Notes under the pieces: model-generated
What the model was told of the DNA's origin: nothing
The model's database searches: none
The model's input: the letters and a program-made list of their open reading frames with translations, nothing else
In this document: one piece after another, positions 1 to 43,047 of the stretch
How positions within the stretch are numbered: position 1 is the stretch's first letter
Layout: every line of letters begins with the position of its first letter
From: the human T2T-CHM13v2.0 reference genome, Homo sapiens
Length of the DNA stretch: 64,000 nucleotides
Reading direction: 5' to 3' (one strand)
Assembly: GCF_009914755.1 (NCBI RefSeq)
Contig: NC_060925.1
Program-made: the position numbers and the translations under genes

Positions 1-1068
1 CACACGAATCCAACCTCACACATACACATGTGCAGATGCAGACCAGACACACAGAGCATCCACCATACACAGGGAACCCTAGCCCACACAACTGGACCCA
101 GGACAAAGGGGGAGGGTTGGCTGTGCACAGTGGCCTGTCCAGCCAGTCCACCCACCAGCGACTTGTCTCCTCAGCAGCCTGGCCCCCGCCTGCCTGTCGC
201 CTGCACCCGGATTGAATTCAGCTATGGTTTCACTGCTGTCACTCAGAAGAATGGTCTCATTCAGGCCACCTGCTCCCTGGCTGGACAGCTCACATCCCCC
301 TCCCGCCTGGGCACAGAGGCCCAAGCCCCTGACCACCCTGCCCTGCACAGGCCTGTCCCTCCAGGCAGAGCTATCCAGTGTGGCTTCACCCGGCAGTGGC
401 CAGAGGCTGAGGGCCAGGGGCCGGCACCAGGAAGCCCCCACCGGCCTCTTAGTAGGAGCTGTGGCCATGGGTCTGGAAAGGAAGCCTGGACTGTTCCCAT
501 CAGGGAGATAATCCCACATTCCTCAGTGGGCAGCCCCTCCCTCCCCGGTGCTGTGGTGGGCGTGGACCTGGATGTCTGGGAGGGCACAGACCAGACGCGA
601 GGTGGCAGGAGAGGGGCAGGCAGGGTCTGGAAGGGCAAGTGAGGGGTTTCCTGCAGGGCATGTTGCAGTGGTGGGGGACCCACAATGTGGGCTCAGAAGG
701 GTGATGGAGGTGAGAGGAAGGTGAGGACTGTGGGCTGGGAACTGGCTTCGAGTCAGGGAGGTGAGGGGCTATGCCCAGAAGACCCCACATGCAGGGCAGG
801 GGGATGATGAGGCCCTGCTTGTGACCCAGCAAGAGAGTGAGGGGCCTCCTTCAGCAAGAGGCTGTGGGCAGGAGTGGGATGGAGCTAGGTGTCTGAGAAG
901 ACGGGGCTGGACAGGGCTTCCTGTGGCACCCCAGGCTCTCCAGCCTGGACATGGGAAGCACAGAGACTAGGGTCAGCTGGGGCCATACACGCAGCCTGGA
1001 GATGCCTGCCCAACAAAGGTGCCAAATGTGGCTGGGAGATGGGGCTTCTCCCCCAGGGTTCCTTCTTA

Positions 1069-1640
1069 AGTCCTCCTCCTCCCAACGGTCCTCCACTTCC
1101 TCAGGGCTGTCCTCCTCAGGTCCTCCTTCTTCCCAGGGCCCTCCTCCTCCCCAGGTCCTCCTCTTCTTCAGGGCTGTCCTCATCAAGTCCTCCTTCTTCC
1201 CAGGGCCCTCCTCCTCTCCAGGGCCCTCCTCTTCCCCAGGGCCCTCCTCCTCCCGAGGGCCCTCCTCTTCCACAGGGTCCTCCTCCTCCCCAAGTCCTCT
1301 TCCCAAGGGCCCTTCTCCTCCCCAGGTCCTCCTCTTTCCCCAGGCCCTCCTCCCCAGGGTCCTCCTCCTCTCCAGGGTCCTCCTCCTCCTGAGGGTGCTC
1401 CTTCTCCCCAGGGCCCTCCTCCTGTCCAGGTTCCTCCTCCTCCCCAGGGTCCTCCTTCGTGGATACCCCTTCTCCCCAAAACCTCCCCCTTCCTCCTCCT
1501 CCCTGGTCCCTCCTCCCAATTTCTCCTCCTTCCCAGGCATACCTCCCCGAGCCCACCTCCTCTCCAACCCTCTTTCTTGTCCTCCTCTTCGCAGAGGCCA
1601 ACTCCTAGGCCTCCTCCTCAGGCCCTCCTCCTCGTCCCAG
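1069..1640. repeat. 18-bp CT-rich minisatellite (CCAGGGCCCTCCTCCTCC)n, degenerate
   Basis: The CAGGG[C/T]CC anchor recurs at 1201, 1219, 1237, 1255 and 1273; strong purine/pyrimidine strand skew. Confidence 0.9.
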
Positions 1641-1698
1641 GCCTACAGAAGCCCCTGTGAAGGCAGCAGACTGAGATGAGGCTATAATTTAAAATACA

Positions 1699-1708
1699 TT
1701 TATTTAAT
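1699..1708 (-). terminator. WNT9A polyadenylation signal (overlapping ATTAAA and AATAAA)
   Basis: The minus strand reads ACATTAAATAAATGTATTT, an AT-rich island in GC-rich DNA. Confidence 0.85.
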
Positions 1709-2710
1709 GTTTCCATTTGTTTCTGGTTCTGTGACACAAAGCTGTTAAATAAATACATTCTCCACAGTCCCTCTGGGACGGGCCACACAGATGAGGTAGA
1801 GAAATCATTGCACGCACGGAGACTCGGAGCACAGACAGGGCCCCTCCCACCCACCCACACCTGGCCAGAAGCCACCTGGGGGTCCAGGTCCCTCAAGGCA
1901 GGGCCTGGTGCAGAGAAGGTGGCTGGGATCCCCTGGCCAAGGAGCGGGCTGAACCCCTCCCAACAGCCCTTTCTCCTCTACTGCCCCTCAGAAGAGAAGC
2001 GCATGAAACAGGAGGCTCCGGCTGAGCGGCCTCTTCATCCAGCAAGACATTCGAATATGTATTTGTATAGAAACCAACTAGCTAGCAGACATTTTTGGTC
2101 TGCCTTGTTTAAAAAAATAGTTTTCTGAATATTTATGACATAGAGCTAAATGTGGTATTTGATTAAAAATAAAAACCTTCCTCTGACTTGACGCCCTTCA
2201 TAGACCCAATAGTGACTGAGTGACAGTCTTGTCATGTCATGAGGGTGTGGCCAGCTATGCTGCTCAGGGACCAGTGGATGCGGACACTGCAGAGGGCAGG
2301 GGCTACCACCCCCACCCCTTCTAGCCAGGCTTCACCAGACAAAGGACAAACCCAGCGTCTTGCACCCACACTGTGGTACGGGGATGCAGCTGCAGGCACA
2401 TGTCGGGGTGCTCTCTGAACCACAGGAGAATAAAGGTTCTTATGTACTATAACACAGGGACGGCGGAGACCCACAGCAACATAAATAGGTTTTCTTTTAA
2501 AAACACAGACACCCCGGCTTTCTGGAGACCCTTAGGGCTCTGAGACACCTATTCACTCAGTAGTTCCTGTATCCATACCAGCAACCCGCCCAGAACCCAG
2601 CCCACAACCATCAGGACACCCACAAGACGGAGCCCAGGGCGAGAGGCTCTGGGAACCTAAGGCACCGCCATGCCACTGACAGCACAGCACGGCCAAGCTG
2701 ACCATGCCAG

Positions 2711-2892
2711 TATACACATACACACACACACACACACACAGACCACGCCAGCATGCATTTATACAACACACGCTTACACACATTGACCACGCCAGCACAC
2801 ACGCACTCACAACACTCACAACATACGCACACGTATGCACACTGACCACGCCAGCACACACACTCTCACAACACACACACACACACACTACA
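2711..2892. repeat. CA-rich low-complexity repeat in the WNT9A 3'UTR (UG-rich in the mRNA)
   Basis: (CA)n runs with a recurring GACCACGCCAGCA sub-unit. Confidence 0.85.
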
Positions 2893-4538
2893 CCCTCAAA
2901 CCAAGCCAGGTCAGTGCAGGTCACCCTGTCCCCAGCACACACAACAGCAGGGCCATAAAGCACGGCGTTCCATGGCCAGATGCGAGCCCAAGACTGCCTC
3001 CACCGGCATCTGTCCCAATCTGTCCCCCAGTGACACAAAGCAAGCAGCTTCCTCATGACATGACATGAACCAATCAAAGGGCTGCCCTGCCCCCTCACCA
3101 TGCCCGCCCCTCTCCACCACCCCCAGCTCGAGAATCTGCACTGAGCTGCCTGGAGGCCGGGCGTCTGCCCACAGGGTGCAGGGCAGGGGCCGCCGGCTGG
3201 CCCACCACGTGGCAGTGGCTGGCTGGCATGGGGCTGGGGGAGCTGGCTTCCAGAAGCCCCAAGGGCTGTGGCCAGACGCAGCTCACTGTATTTCCTTAAC
3301 TACACACATCTATCTCGATTTAGTGGTTTCAAACAACTAAGCAGATCAGAGGCAGGGTTAGGAGGGAATATGTCAGGGACGGAAGGCGGGGCCCTCCCAG
3401 ACTGGGGCTTGGCCGAGAGCGGGGAGCTGCAGCCGGGGAGGTGGCAGGGATGGAGAAAATAATAATTATTATATTAGTTAAATAATCATAATAATTTAAA
3501 AGTCACTGATATTTACTCCAAAGAGAAGTGCTCAACGTCAGAGGTCGGCAGTGTCCCCCCGAGCCTGGGCACCCGCACGGCCGGGCCCTGGGAGTGCAGA
3601 ACAGGCTGCGTCCTCTTCTAGTGGTTTGAGTCTCTGAAGACAGTGCTGGTGTTGGGGCAGCCTGGGCCAGGCCAGTCCCCAACGGGTGGCCCACACGGAG
3701 GCCGCATGGTCACCAAGGTGCACCTGCCACCCATGCCTCAGAGGAGGTGGGGAGGGAAAGCCAATGGACTGGCATGGGGAGCCGCTTCCCAGGGACTGGT
3801 GTGTTAGGGATGGGAGAAAGCTCAGAAAGCATTGGTGCAATGCTCTCGGGTCAGAGGGAGGAAGCTGAGGCCCAGGGCACAAGCAGAGAGGTTGCATACG
3901 CCAGACCAGAGCCAACCCCCGCCTCTGGGTCCTGGAGAGGGGGAGATACAGGGCTTGGACAGCCAACCCAGAGGACCCCCGGCACCCTGCTCCAGCTGTA
4001 CGCCCCGACGTGCTAGAAAAGCTTCTCAGTCCTTGCAGGTGTAGACCCCTCATACTGCATGCATGGCCCTCACCCTGCACAGCAGGGTTGGCCAGGCCCG
4101 GGGACTCGTCCCTTGCAGGTGTAGACCTTCTCACACCATGTGCAATGCCTGCACTCTGAGCAGCAGGGCTGACTGGGCCCAGGGCCTCAGCCCTTGCAGG
4201 TGTACACTCCTCACACCGTGTGCAATGCCTGTGCCATGTGCAGCAGGGCTGGCTGGGCCCAGGGATTCAGCCTTGGCAGGTGTAGGCCCATTCATGCTCT
4301 GTGCAATGCCTGCACCCCATGCAGCTAGGACTGAGCCCAGGGACTCACCCCACGCTGCTAGGTCTGAGCCCAGGGACTCAGCCCATGCAGGTGTAGACCC
4401 ATTCACACTGTGTGCAATGCCTGTACCCCACGCAGCTGGGCTGGTCGAGCCCAGGAACTCAGCCTGTGCAGGTGTAGACCCTTCACACCGTGTGCAATGC
4501 CTGCACCCTGTGCAGCAGGGCTGGCAGGGCCTGGGAAC

Positions 4539-30908
<26,370 letters not shown>

Positions 30909-30949
30909 CTTGCCGCGCCTCGGCGGCCGACCATCGCGCTCCCAGCTCC

Positions 30950-31060
30950 GCGCAGGGCGCGCCGCGGCCGCCGCCCTCTTATAGCGCCCGGAGCGCGGCC
31001 AGCTGGGCCCGGCCCCGCCCCGCGCCCGGGAGGGGATCACGCCGGCGCCGGGGGCGGGCC
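30950..31060 (-). promoter_or_regulatory. WNT9A core promoter: TATA-like TATAAGAG (30976-30983) plus GC boxes (31011-31020, 31051-31060); TSS ~30953
   Basis: The minus strand reads GCGCTATAAGAGGGCGG ~70 nt upstream of the ATG, with GGGCGGGGCC Sp1-type boxes just upstream. Confidence 0.75.
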
Positions 31061-34002
31061 GAAACCCGAGCCGCGCGCGCCAGCCCGCCAGCCCCTCCCG
31101 GCCACTCGGGGCCCCGGCCGCCGCTCCCGGCGCGGGTCTCGGGCGCGCCCTGCCCGGCGGGGATGGAGGAAGGGGAGGCGGAGAGCGGTGGGAACCGAGG
31201 GCGGGGCGTGCGAGAACCCGGGGCGACCACGGCGGGACGGCATTGGGGGGCCGGAGGCGGGCATCGGGAAGCGGGTAGAGCGTTGGGGGCGCTGCAGTGG
31301 GAGCTTGGGGCGGCCCCCGGGGCGGGATTGAGGGGGAGGGGAGGGGAGGCGTTGGCCGCCGGGCTAGCCGCCGGCGGGGCTCCAGGCCGGGACGGTCGGG
31401 GATGGTTCCACAGAGGACCCAGCCGTCTGCCCCGAGCTGGGCGCTGCGCGGCTGCTCCGGGGGAAGCTTGGTGAGGAGGAGTCGGGCCAGCCGGTGATGC
31501 CTGCGCCTCTTGCGCATGCTGACCCCCTCAAGGAGCGGGGCCAGAGAATCGCTCCTTTCTGGCAGGGACTGTGGCCGCTTTCGGCCTGGGAATGAAGCGA
31601 CGTAGCCTGCTGGGGCTGTGAGGTGAGTAGCTCTACCTTTTGGGGTCCTGATGGTCTCCCCATTCTTAAATTGTGGGAGTGGAGCTAGCGGCTAAGTCAA
31701 TGAAACACCAGCCATCGGGCAACGCCCTTCTCAGAGCCTGTGTCCTGGCCGGGACGGGGAGAAAGAGGACTCCTGGGATGGAAGGTGCACACCCAGGCAG
31801 CTGGAAGCGCTCAGTCACAGCCCGGGGACTCGTCCCCTCTGCGATACGGATTCGGAGCTGCTTCTGAAGCAGAATGGTGTCAGAGGACCCAGAGCTGGCA
31901 TTAGGATACAGGTGCACACATTCCAGACAGACCTGGGGGTGGCATCCAGGAGAAGGCTTATAAGTTCCCTGGATGGGGCCTCTGTGCCATGCAACAAGGG
32001 ACACAAGAACAGGGCTTGGGGTCCAGGCTGGCGGTGGCATGCCTGCCACCTGCAGACCCTGGTCAGTGCAGGATGGTGCCTCCAACACGGGCTAGGCTGC
32101 CAAGGCTGAGGACACAGGGCCAGCGAGCCTGCCCAGCCACGTGCTGCAGGGGCCTCAGAGACCTGGGCTGCGGTGCCAGGTCTCTAGGCAGTGCCCTCTG
32201 TGCCTGCAGGGACTGATTCTGGCACAGTGACCGCAGAACCTGGGGGGCGGAGCACATGCCCCCGGAAGGCTGTGAAATCCCGCCAGTGGCAGTGACAGAG
32301 GCGAATATGAGGGTCCTCAGAGGAAAAACAAAGAAGATAGGAGCAGCAGAAAATGGCCCCCACGAGGATCTGAGCCAACCTCGCCACCCCTAGGGCTCCC
32401 GGCCCTGCTTCCCTGGGAAAGCCTGGCCATGTGGGTCACCCCTGTGAGCATACCCTTTCTGAGTGTCTGATGGCCAGTTTGCCAGGTGAGCTTCAGGTGC
32501 ATGTGGGGCAAAGCAAGGGTGGGGAAGGGAGGAGACCGGGCCTGAGCAGTCACTCCCTCTCGGGGCCTCGGTTTCCCCATCTGAGACCCATCCAACTCCA
32601 GCGAGTGGTGGCTTTTCTCCAAGGCATGATGTCCTGTGTGGGAGCCCTGGCCCCTGGTTCTGCTTTTCCACTAGGTGTGACTGGTCTCACATCCTTCCCC
32701 ATCCATAGGACCCCCCTCCTGTGGGGAGAGGGCACTTGTTTGTCCTCTTTTGCTCAGGGGGCTGGGCCACCTCCCTTGAAATGGGGCTGACTCAGCAGAG
32801 GGAGTGCAGACGGCAGCCCAGCCCACCCAGGCTGCAGCGACCCCAGTGGGAGGCCCACCCGCCCCACGGCCATGGGCTCCAGTGAGCCCCCAAAGTCTGG
32901 CTCCAGCACCAGGAAGTGAGAGGCAGCAGAGGGAAGCAGACAGGACGGGAGACCCTCCCCACCCCCCACACACCCCCCTGCAATGATGGCATGCTTAAAG
33001 GCATGGAGGCTGCCTCCAAGAAGACGTGTGAGATTGTAAATGTGCATCACAAGCGCCTCCGGCATCACAGAGCTCCCTTCCACTGGGGGTGAAGCACTCT
33101 CCCAGCAGCAGCTTAGTGGTCCCCAAGGAAGGAGGCAGCTGCCTGGCCGGCTGAGGGGCAGGGGGCTCTAGTCCCAGTCCTGGACTCTCAGGACCACATT
33201 TGGTGCAAGAGGGTGCTGAGAAGGATGATCCGACATCCATGAACTCGGGAAGGACCCTGCTGTTTCGCCAGAGAAGGGAGGCCATCAGCTCATGGCAGCT
33301 TTTGGTGGTGGTGGGAGTGGCAGGCCAGCCCTGAGTGGCCCCACCAGACCCCCACTTGAAGCCCTGGCCCAGCTCCAGCCAGGAGCCTATCAGAATGCCC
33401 AGGAGCCCAGGGCATGTGGTTGGTAGGACCCAGTGCCCCAGGCAGGGTAATATCAGAGATACACCTGAGGTCTGGCAGGGCTGGCCCAGCTCTTACCTCC
33501 CTGCACCTAGGATGATGGCGGCAGATAGAGGCAGTCCCCTCAGCCTACCTGGACCCAGGGAGAATCACACCCCCTCCCACGAATGTCCCAGGCTCTAACT
33601 CCCTTTCACGTCTGGCTGCCCTCGCCCACCGTGGCCTACCTGCTGCCTCAGCCACAGCCGCTAGTGTCCCTTCCCAGAGGGCAGCATTCACCTGCCCCCA
33701 CCTCCTGCTTCTCTCAAGCCATATCCAGACAACCTTGGGCACAGTGTGAGGTGGAGACGTTTCCCAGGAAGTGTGGGCTTTTTTATTCTCATCTGCCATA
33801 ATGCAGTCTGGCCCCTATGTTTCTGTTGGAGAAGCTGGGGCTGGCGGTTCTCTGGCTGGAAAGTGCATTGTACCCCACAACTCCCCACGGCCTCCCAGGC
33901 CTAAGAAGCTCTCCAGGTAAGGGATGGCTTGTCCAGGTAGGCAGGACAAGCCATCACTGGGCCCACAGTCAGGTGAACAGAAATCCACCTCCAGTCAAAA
34001 AC

Positions 34003-34803
<801 letters not shown>

Positions 34804-36027
34804 GTCCAAGCTCCTCAGTCAAGTCCCAAATTTGAGCCAGTTTGCAGACCCAGAACCCGCTGGATGGAGGGGACTGGGCCCCCTTGAGGGGGACCCGCTG
34901 CACTACCAAAAACTTACTGTTCTTACCTTTCTCCCAGCCTTCCCCAAAGGCACTTCTGGCCTTTTACCAGGGTGACCATGCAGTGGGGAGAGGAGATAAT
35001 CAGACCTTTCAGGGATAGCTGGACACAGCCCTGCACCGACATTGATTCCAGGAGAACCAGCAGGTCGCAGTGGCCCCAGGCACAGTAGGGGCTTGTGGAG
35101 GTCCTGGAACCCATGGAATTGTAGCTCAGTCAACTCCCAGTTGGTCCCACAGCTCCTGGAGCCCCTCCTGTGGTGGTTTCCCCAGCTCCAGATGTGTAAT
35201 TATAATGGATGCGCTGGGCCCCTGGCAGAAGCCCCAAGGGATTGCAAGAAGTGTTTAAGGCCAGGCTGGGTTTTCCCTGCCCTACCCGCAACTAGGGTTC
35301 AACATGCTTTCCAAGGGGTGGGGAAGGCACAACCCTGACAGGTTGTGTCAGCGCCAGGGAGGAGGCGTGGGCTCAGGAAGGAGCCTTACCACATAGAGAG
35401 AAAACCCAAAAGTAAGCTGCCTGTGAATGCTCATCACGTCCAGGCGCTCTTGCAAACATCCGTCTTCGTGCAGACCCCTGCCCTGTGAAGTGCTGAATCC
35501 CCCACAGCCGCAGACCCTGACTATGCCCACACAAGACAGCATGTACAGGGGCTGCCTGAGCTGCCGTGGTGTCTGGGCGCTGCTGGGACACCCTGCTGGG
35601 CAAAGGCAGCCACCCCCCGAGGCCAGGCTCATCCCGACTCCCCTTCCAGGCCCAGTCTGGATTCCTCAGGGAAGTGGTGTGGGTTGTGAGGAGCTTGGAG
35701 GGCTCTGGGCTCACACACCCCCAACGGTGGGCCCTTCTCGAAAGCCAGGGTGCCCCCACCAAACAGAAGCAGCTCTAACATCCTTCGATCCACTCAAGTC
35801 ACCATGTGGCTGGGCAGAAATAAGTGCTTGTTACCCTAGGCCTTGCCAGAAAGCTCACGAGGCGGGACCCTTGGGAAACTGAGCGACGCCTCCGCCCCAG
35901 GGCCACTCCTGCCCCACTGTCCCTGGCTGCGCACAGCAACTGGGCTGGGTGAGGATCCTGCTAGTTCCTATCTCCACCTCTCCAGTCCAGTGATCCAACC
36001 TCCTCAGTCTCATGCTCCCTGGGCCAG

Positions 36028-36320
36028 AGTCAGAGAGAGAGACAGAGATGGGAAGAGAGACAGAGATGAAGATAGGGAAAGAAAGAGAATGAGAGACAGA
36101 GACGGAGAGACAATGAATGAAAGACACGGAATTAATGAAAGATGAAGAGAGAGAATGAGAGGGAGACAAAAGAGACAGATGGAGAGAGATACGAAGACAG
36201 AGAATGAGAGACAAAAAGAGATGGAGAGGGAAAGATAATAAATGAATGAGATAGAAAATGAGAAACAGAATAAGAGCATGTGAGAAAGAGACAGAGAGAC
36301 AGCATGAACCAGTGAGAGAA
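36028..36320. repeat. GA-rich low-complexity repeat
   Basis: AGAGAC/AGAGAT-type units. Confidence 0.85.
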
Positions 36321-36892
36321 AGGGATCCTTTCCCTTGGGGCAGGGAGGACAGAGAACAGGAATGCCCACAGCCACAAGCCCCTGATTAAACCCTTGCAGG
36401 AGGGGTGTGCAGCAGGGCTGCCTGAGCTGCCACAGTGTAGGCGCTGCCAGGACGTCCTACTGGGCAAAGGCGCCCCCCGCCACCATGCCCACCAAGGCCT
36501 CGGAGAGCAGGGGGAGGCCTCTTCCCCAGCAGATGTGCCCCTCTCTGGACCTGGCCCAGCTAACAGAGTACATGAGGATGGGGTTCCAGGGAGCTGCACA
36601 CCACTGCTCTGAGCTCAAGAGGCCGTGGGGAGGCCCAGGACGGGGCGGCTGTTGGCACCACCCAGGGAGGGGGGGCCAATCTCTTGGGTGGTCTTGGAGG
36701 AGTGGGGCGAGAGGCTGCTTATCAGGAAATGTTGCCTCCTTGGGAAGGTTTATGACGCCAGGCAGGGGGTGTCCCTAGGGGAGAGGGCAAAAACCACTCA
36801 TGAGTCATCTGAAATGGAGCTGGACAAAGAGCTCAAGCAGAAGCAACCCACCCAGACTGCCAGCCGTGGGCAGAGTGAGCTCACAGGCTGCG

Positions 36893-36894
<2 letters not shown>

Positions 36895-36952
<58 letters not shown>

Positions 36953-37008
36953 CAGAGACAGAGACAGAGACAGAGACAGACAGAGACAGAGACAGACAGA
37001 CAGACACA
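36895..37008. repeat. Compound microsatellite (GT)~24-(GA)n-(GAGACA)n
   Basis: Read directly from the sequence. Confidence 0.95.
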
Positions 37009-37229
37009 GAACAGCTCCTCGGCTCACAAGGCCAGGCCTGGGAGGCTGAGCCCAGCCCAGGGGCGTCTGCTGAGCCCAGATCCCTGCAAGGCGGGGCTGC
37101 CCCCTGCAGGCCAGCTAGAGAAGGTGCCTGCATCCCCGCCGGCACACACACACCCCTCAGGCGGCATCCAGCACAGGACCTGTCCTGCTTATTCTCATGG
37201 ATAGCACCATGTCCTCTGTCAGATGCATG

Positions 37230-41390
<4,161 letters not shown>

Positions 41391-42182
41391 CACTGTCTAA
41401 CCTCATGGTGGAAGATGAGGACACCAAGCATGAAGCTGGCCAGCCCCGTGGGGAGGCAGGTGAGGTGCTGGGCCAGGTTTTGGTCTTCCCACTGGGTTGG
41501 TAGCCCTTCTCTCCCGAGATGTTCTCTAGACTTGAGATTCACATCTGCAAAGTTTCCTTTTTCATCATGGCAGTAGCTTTGAGCAGTAATCCAACTAAAA
41601 GCCGCTCTAGATTCTGCCTGGCTTTTCACCTCCCCATGGCTGGGACCCCCGCCCTTGACTATAGCTCCCTAGTGGGCCTCAAGGGGCATGAATTCCTGCA
41701 TCAAGGCCCTTCCTGGCCCCAAGTACTTGTCCCTCCAAACCCCAAAGCAGCCCAAATCTAGTCAGGGGCCCCTGGTCCAAGGGTGCTCACTGATTCTCCT
41801 GGGAGGAGGGTGTGGGCAAGCAGGAGGATGCTGAGCTCTTCACCTGCTCATTGGCATGTCCCTGAGGGTGGGGCCAACAGCCTCCAGGGTTGGCTCTGAA
41901 CTAGTAGCTCTTCCCCACATTTGACAGGCTCAGCCTTTGAGGCCAGGAAGGCCTGTGAGTGGCCCCTTCACCCCTCTGAGCCTCTCTGCCAAATTTAATT
42001 GACTCCCTGAGCTAAAACACGATTCCAGGGAGTGTGGGCCCCAGGAACATTTTTGTCTGAGATTTGGGTAAAGGAGCACCTTGTGTCTTTAAGCCTGGAT
42101 GCAGGCACAGGCAGATCTGTCCCACCCAACAGTCAGCATGGGACAGTGACTAGGTCCATGGCTCCCTACTCCTGCTGCATCC

Positions 42183-42440
42183 TATTTTATTTTATTTTTT
42201 ATTGTATTTTATTTATTTTATTTTATTTTATTATTTTATTTATTTTATTTTATTTTATTTTATTTTATTTTATTTTATTTTATTTTATTTTATTTTATTT
42301 TATTTTAGAGATAGGATCTCACCCTGTCACCCAGGCTGGAGTGCAGAGGTGTGATCATGGCTCACTGCAGCCTCAAGTGATCCTCCCACCTTGGCTTCCC
42401 CAATTGCTGGGATTATAGGCATGAACCACTGCACTCAGCT
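42183..42440 (-). mobile_element. (TTTTA)n-expanded tail plus truncated antisense Alu
   Basis: ~125 bp of ATTTT repeats directly followed by reverse Alu sequence. Confidence 0.85.
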
Positions 42441-42715
42441 TTCCTGCTGGATCTTTTGCCTTGGCCCCGCCCCCCACAACCCTGACCAGCCAGCGGGTGT
42501 TTAATGCAATACAAAAGGCAACATCCTCTCCTGCATGGACCCATCACTGAAGGTAGAGGCTGGGAGGTGGCAGGAGATCCTTCCGGGTCCTGCTGCACCT
42601 TCCTGGGCTGTGACTCTGCCTCACAGGAGCCTCATATCCACCTCATGCCCATCTTCCACTTCCATCTTCCCATGCCACGAACTTTCAAGTCAACAGCTTT
42701 CAAGAAACAGTATAG

Positions 42716-43047
<332 letters not shown>

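Larger units (their letters stand above)
1677..4538 (-). other. WNT9A: WNT9A 3' UTR (~2.86 kb)
   Basis: Lies between the stop codon and the overlapping ATTAAA/AATAAA signal; the 3' end is estimated ~20 nt downstream of the signal. Confidence 0.85.

Noticed and set aside
851-1679. Overlapping 160-240 aa ORFs, including a salivary-PRP-like QGPPPPQGPP peptide
   Set aside because: They are products of the 18-bp repeat. Most frames on both strands are open, and there is no signal peptide or splice structure.
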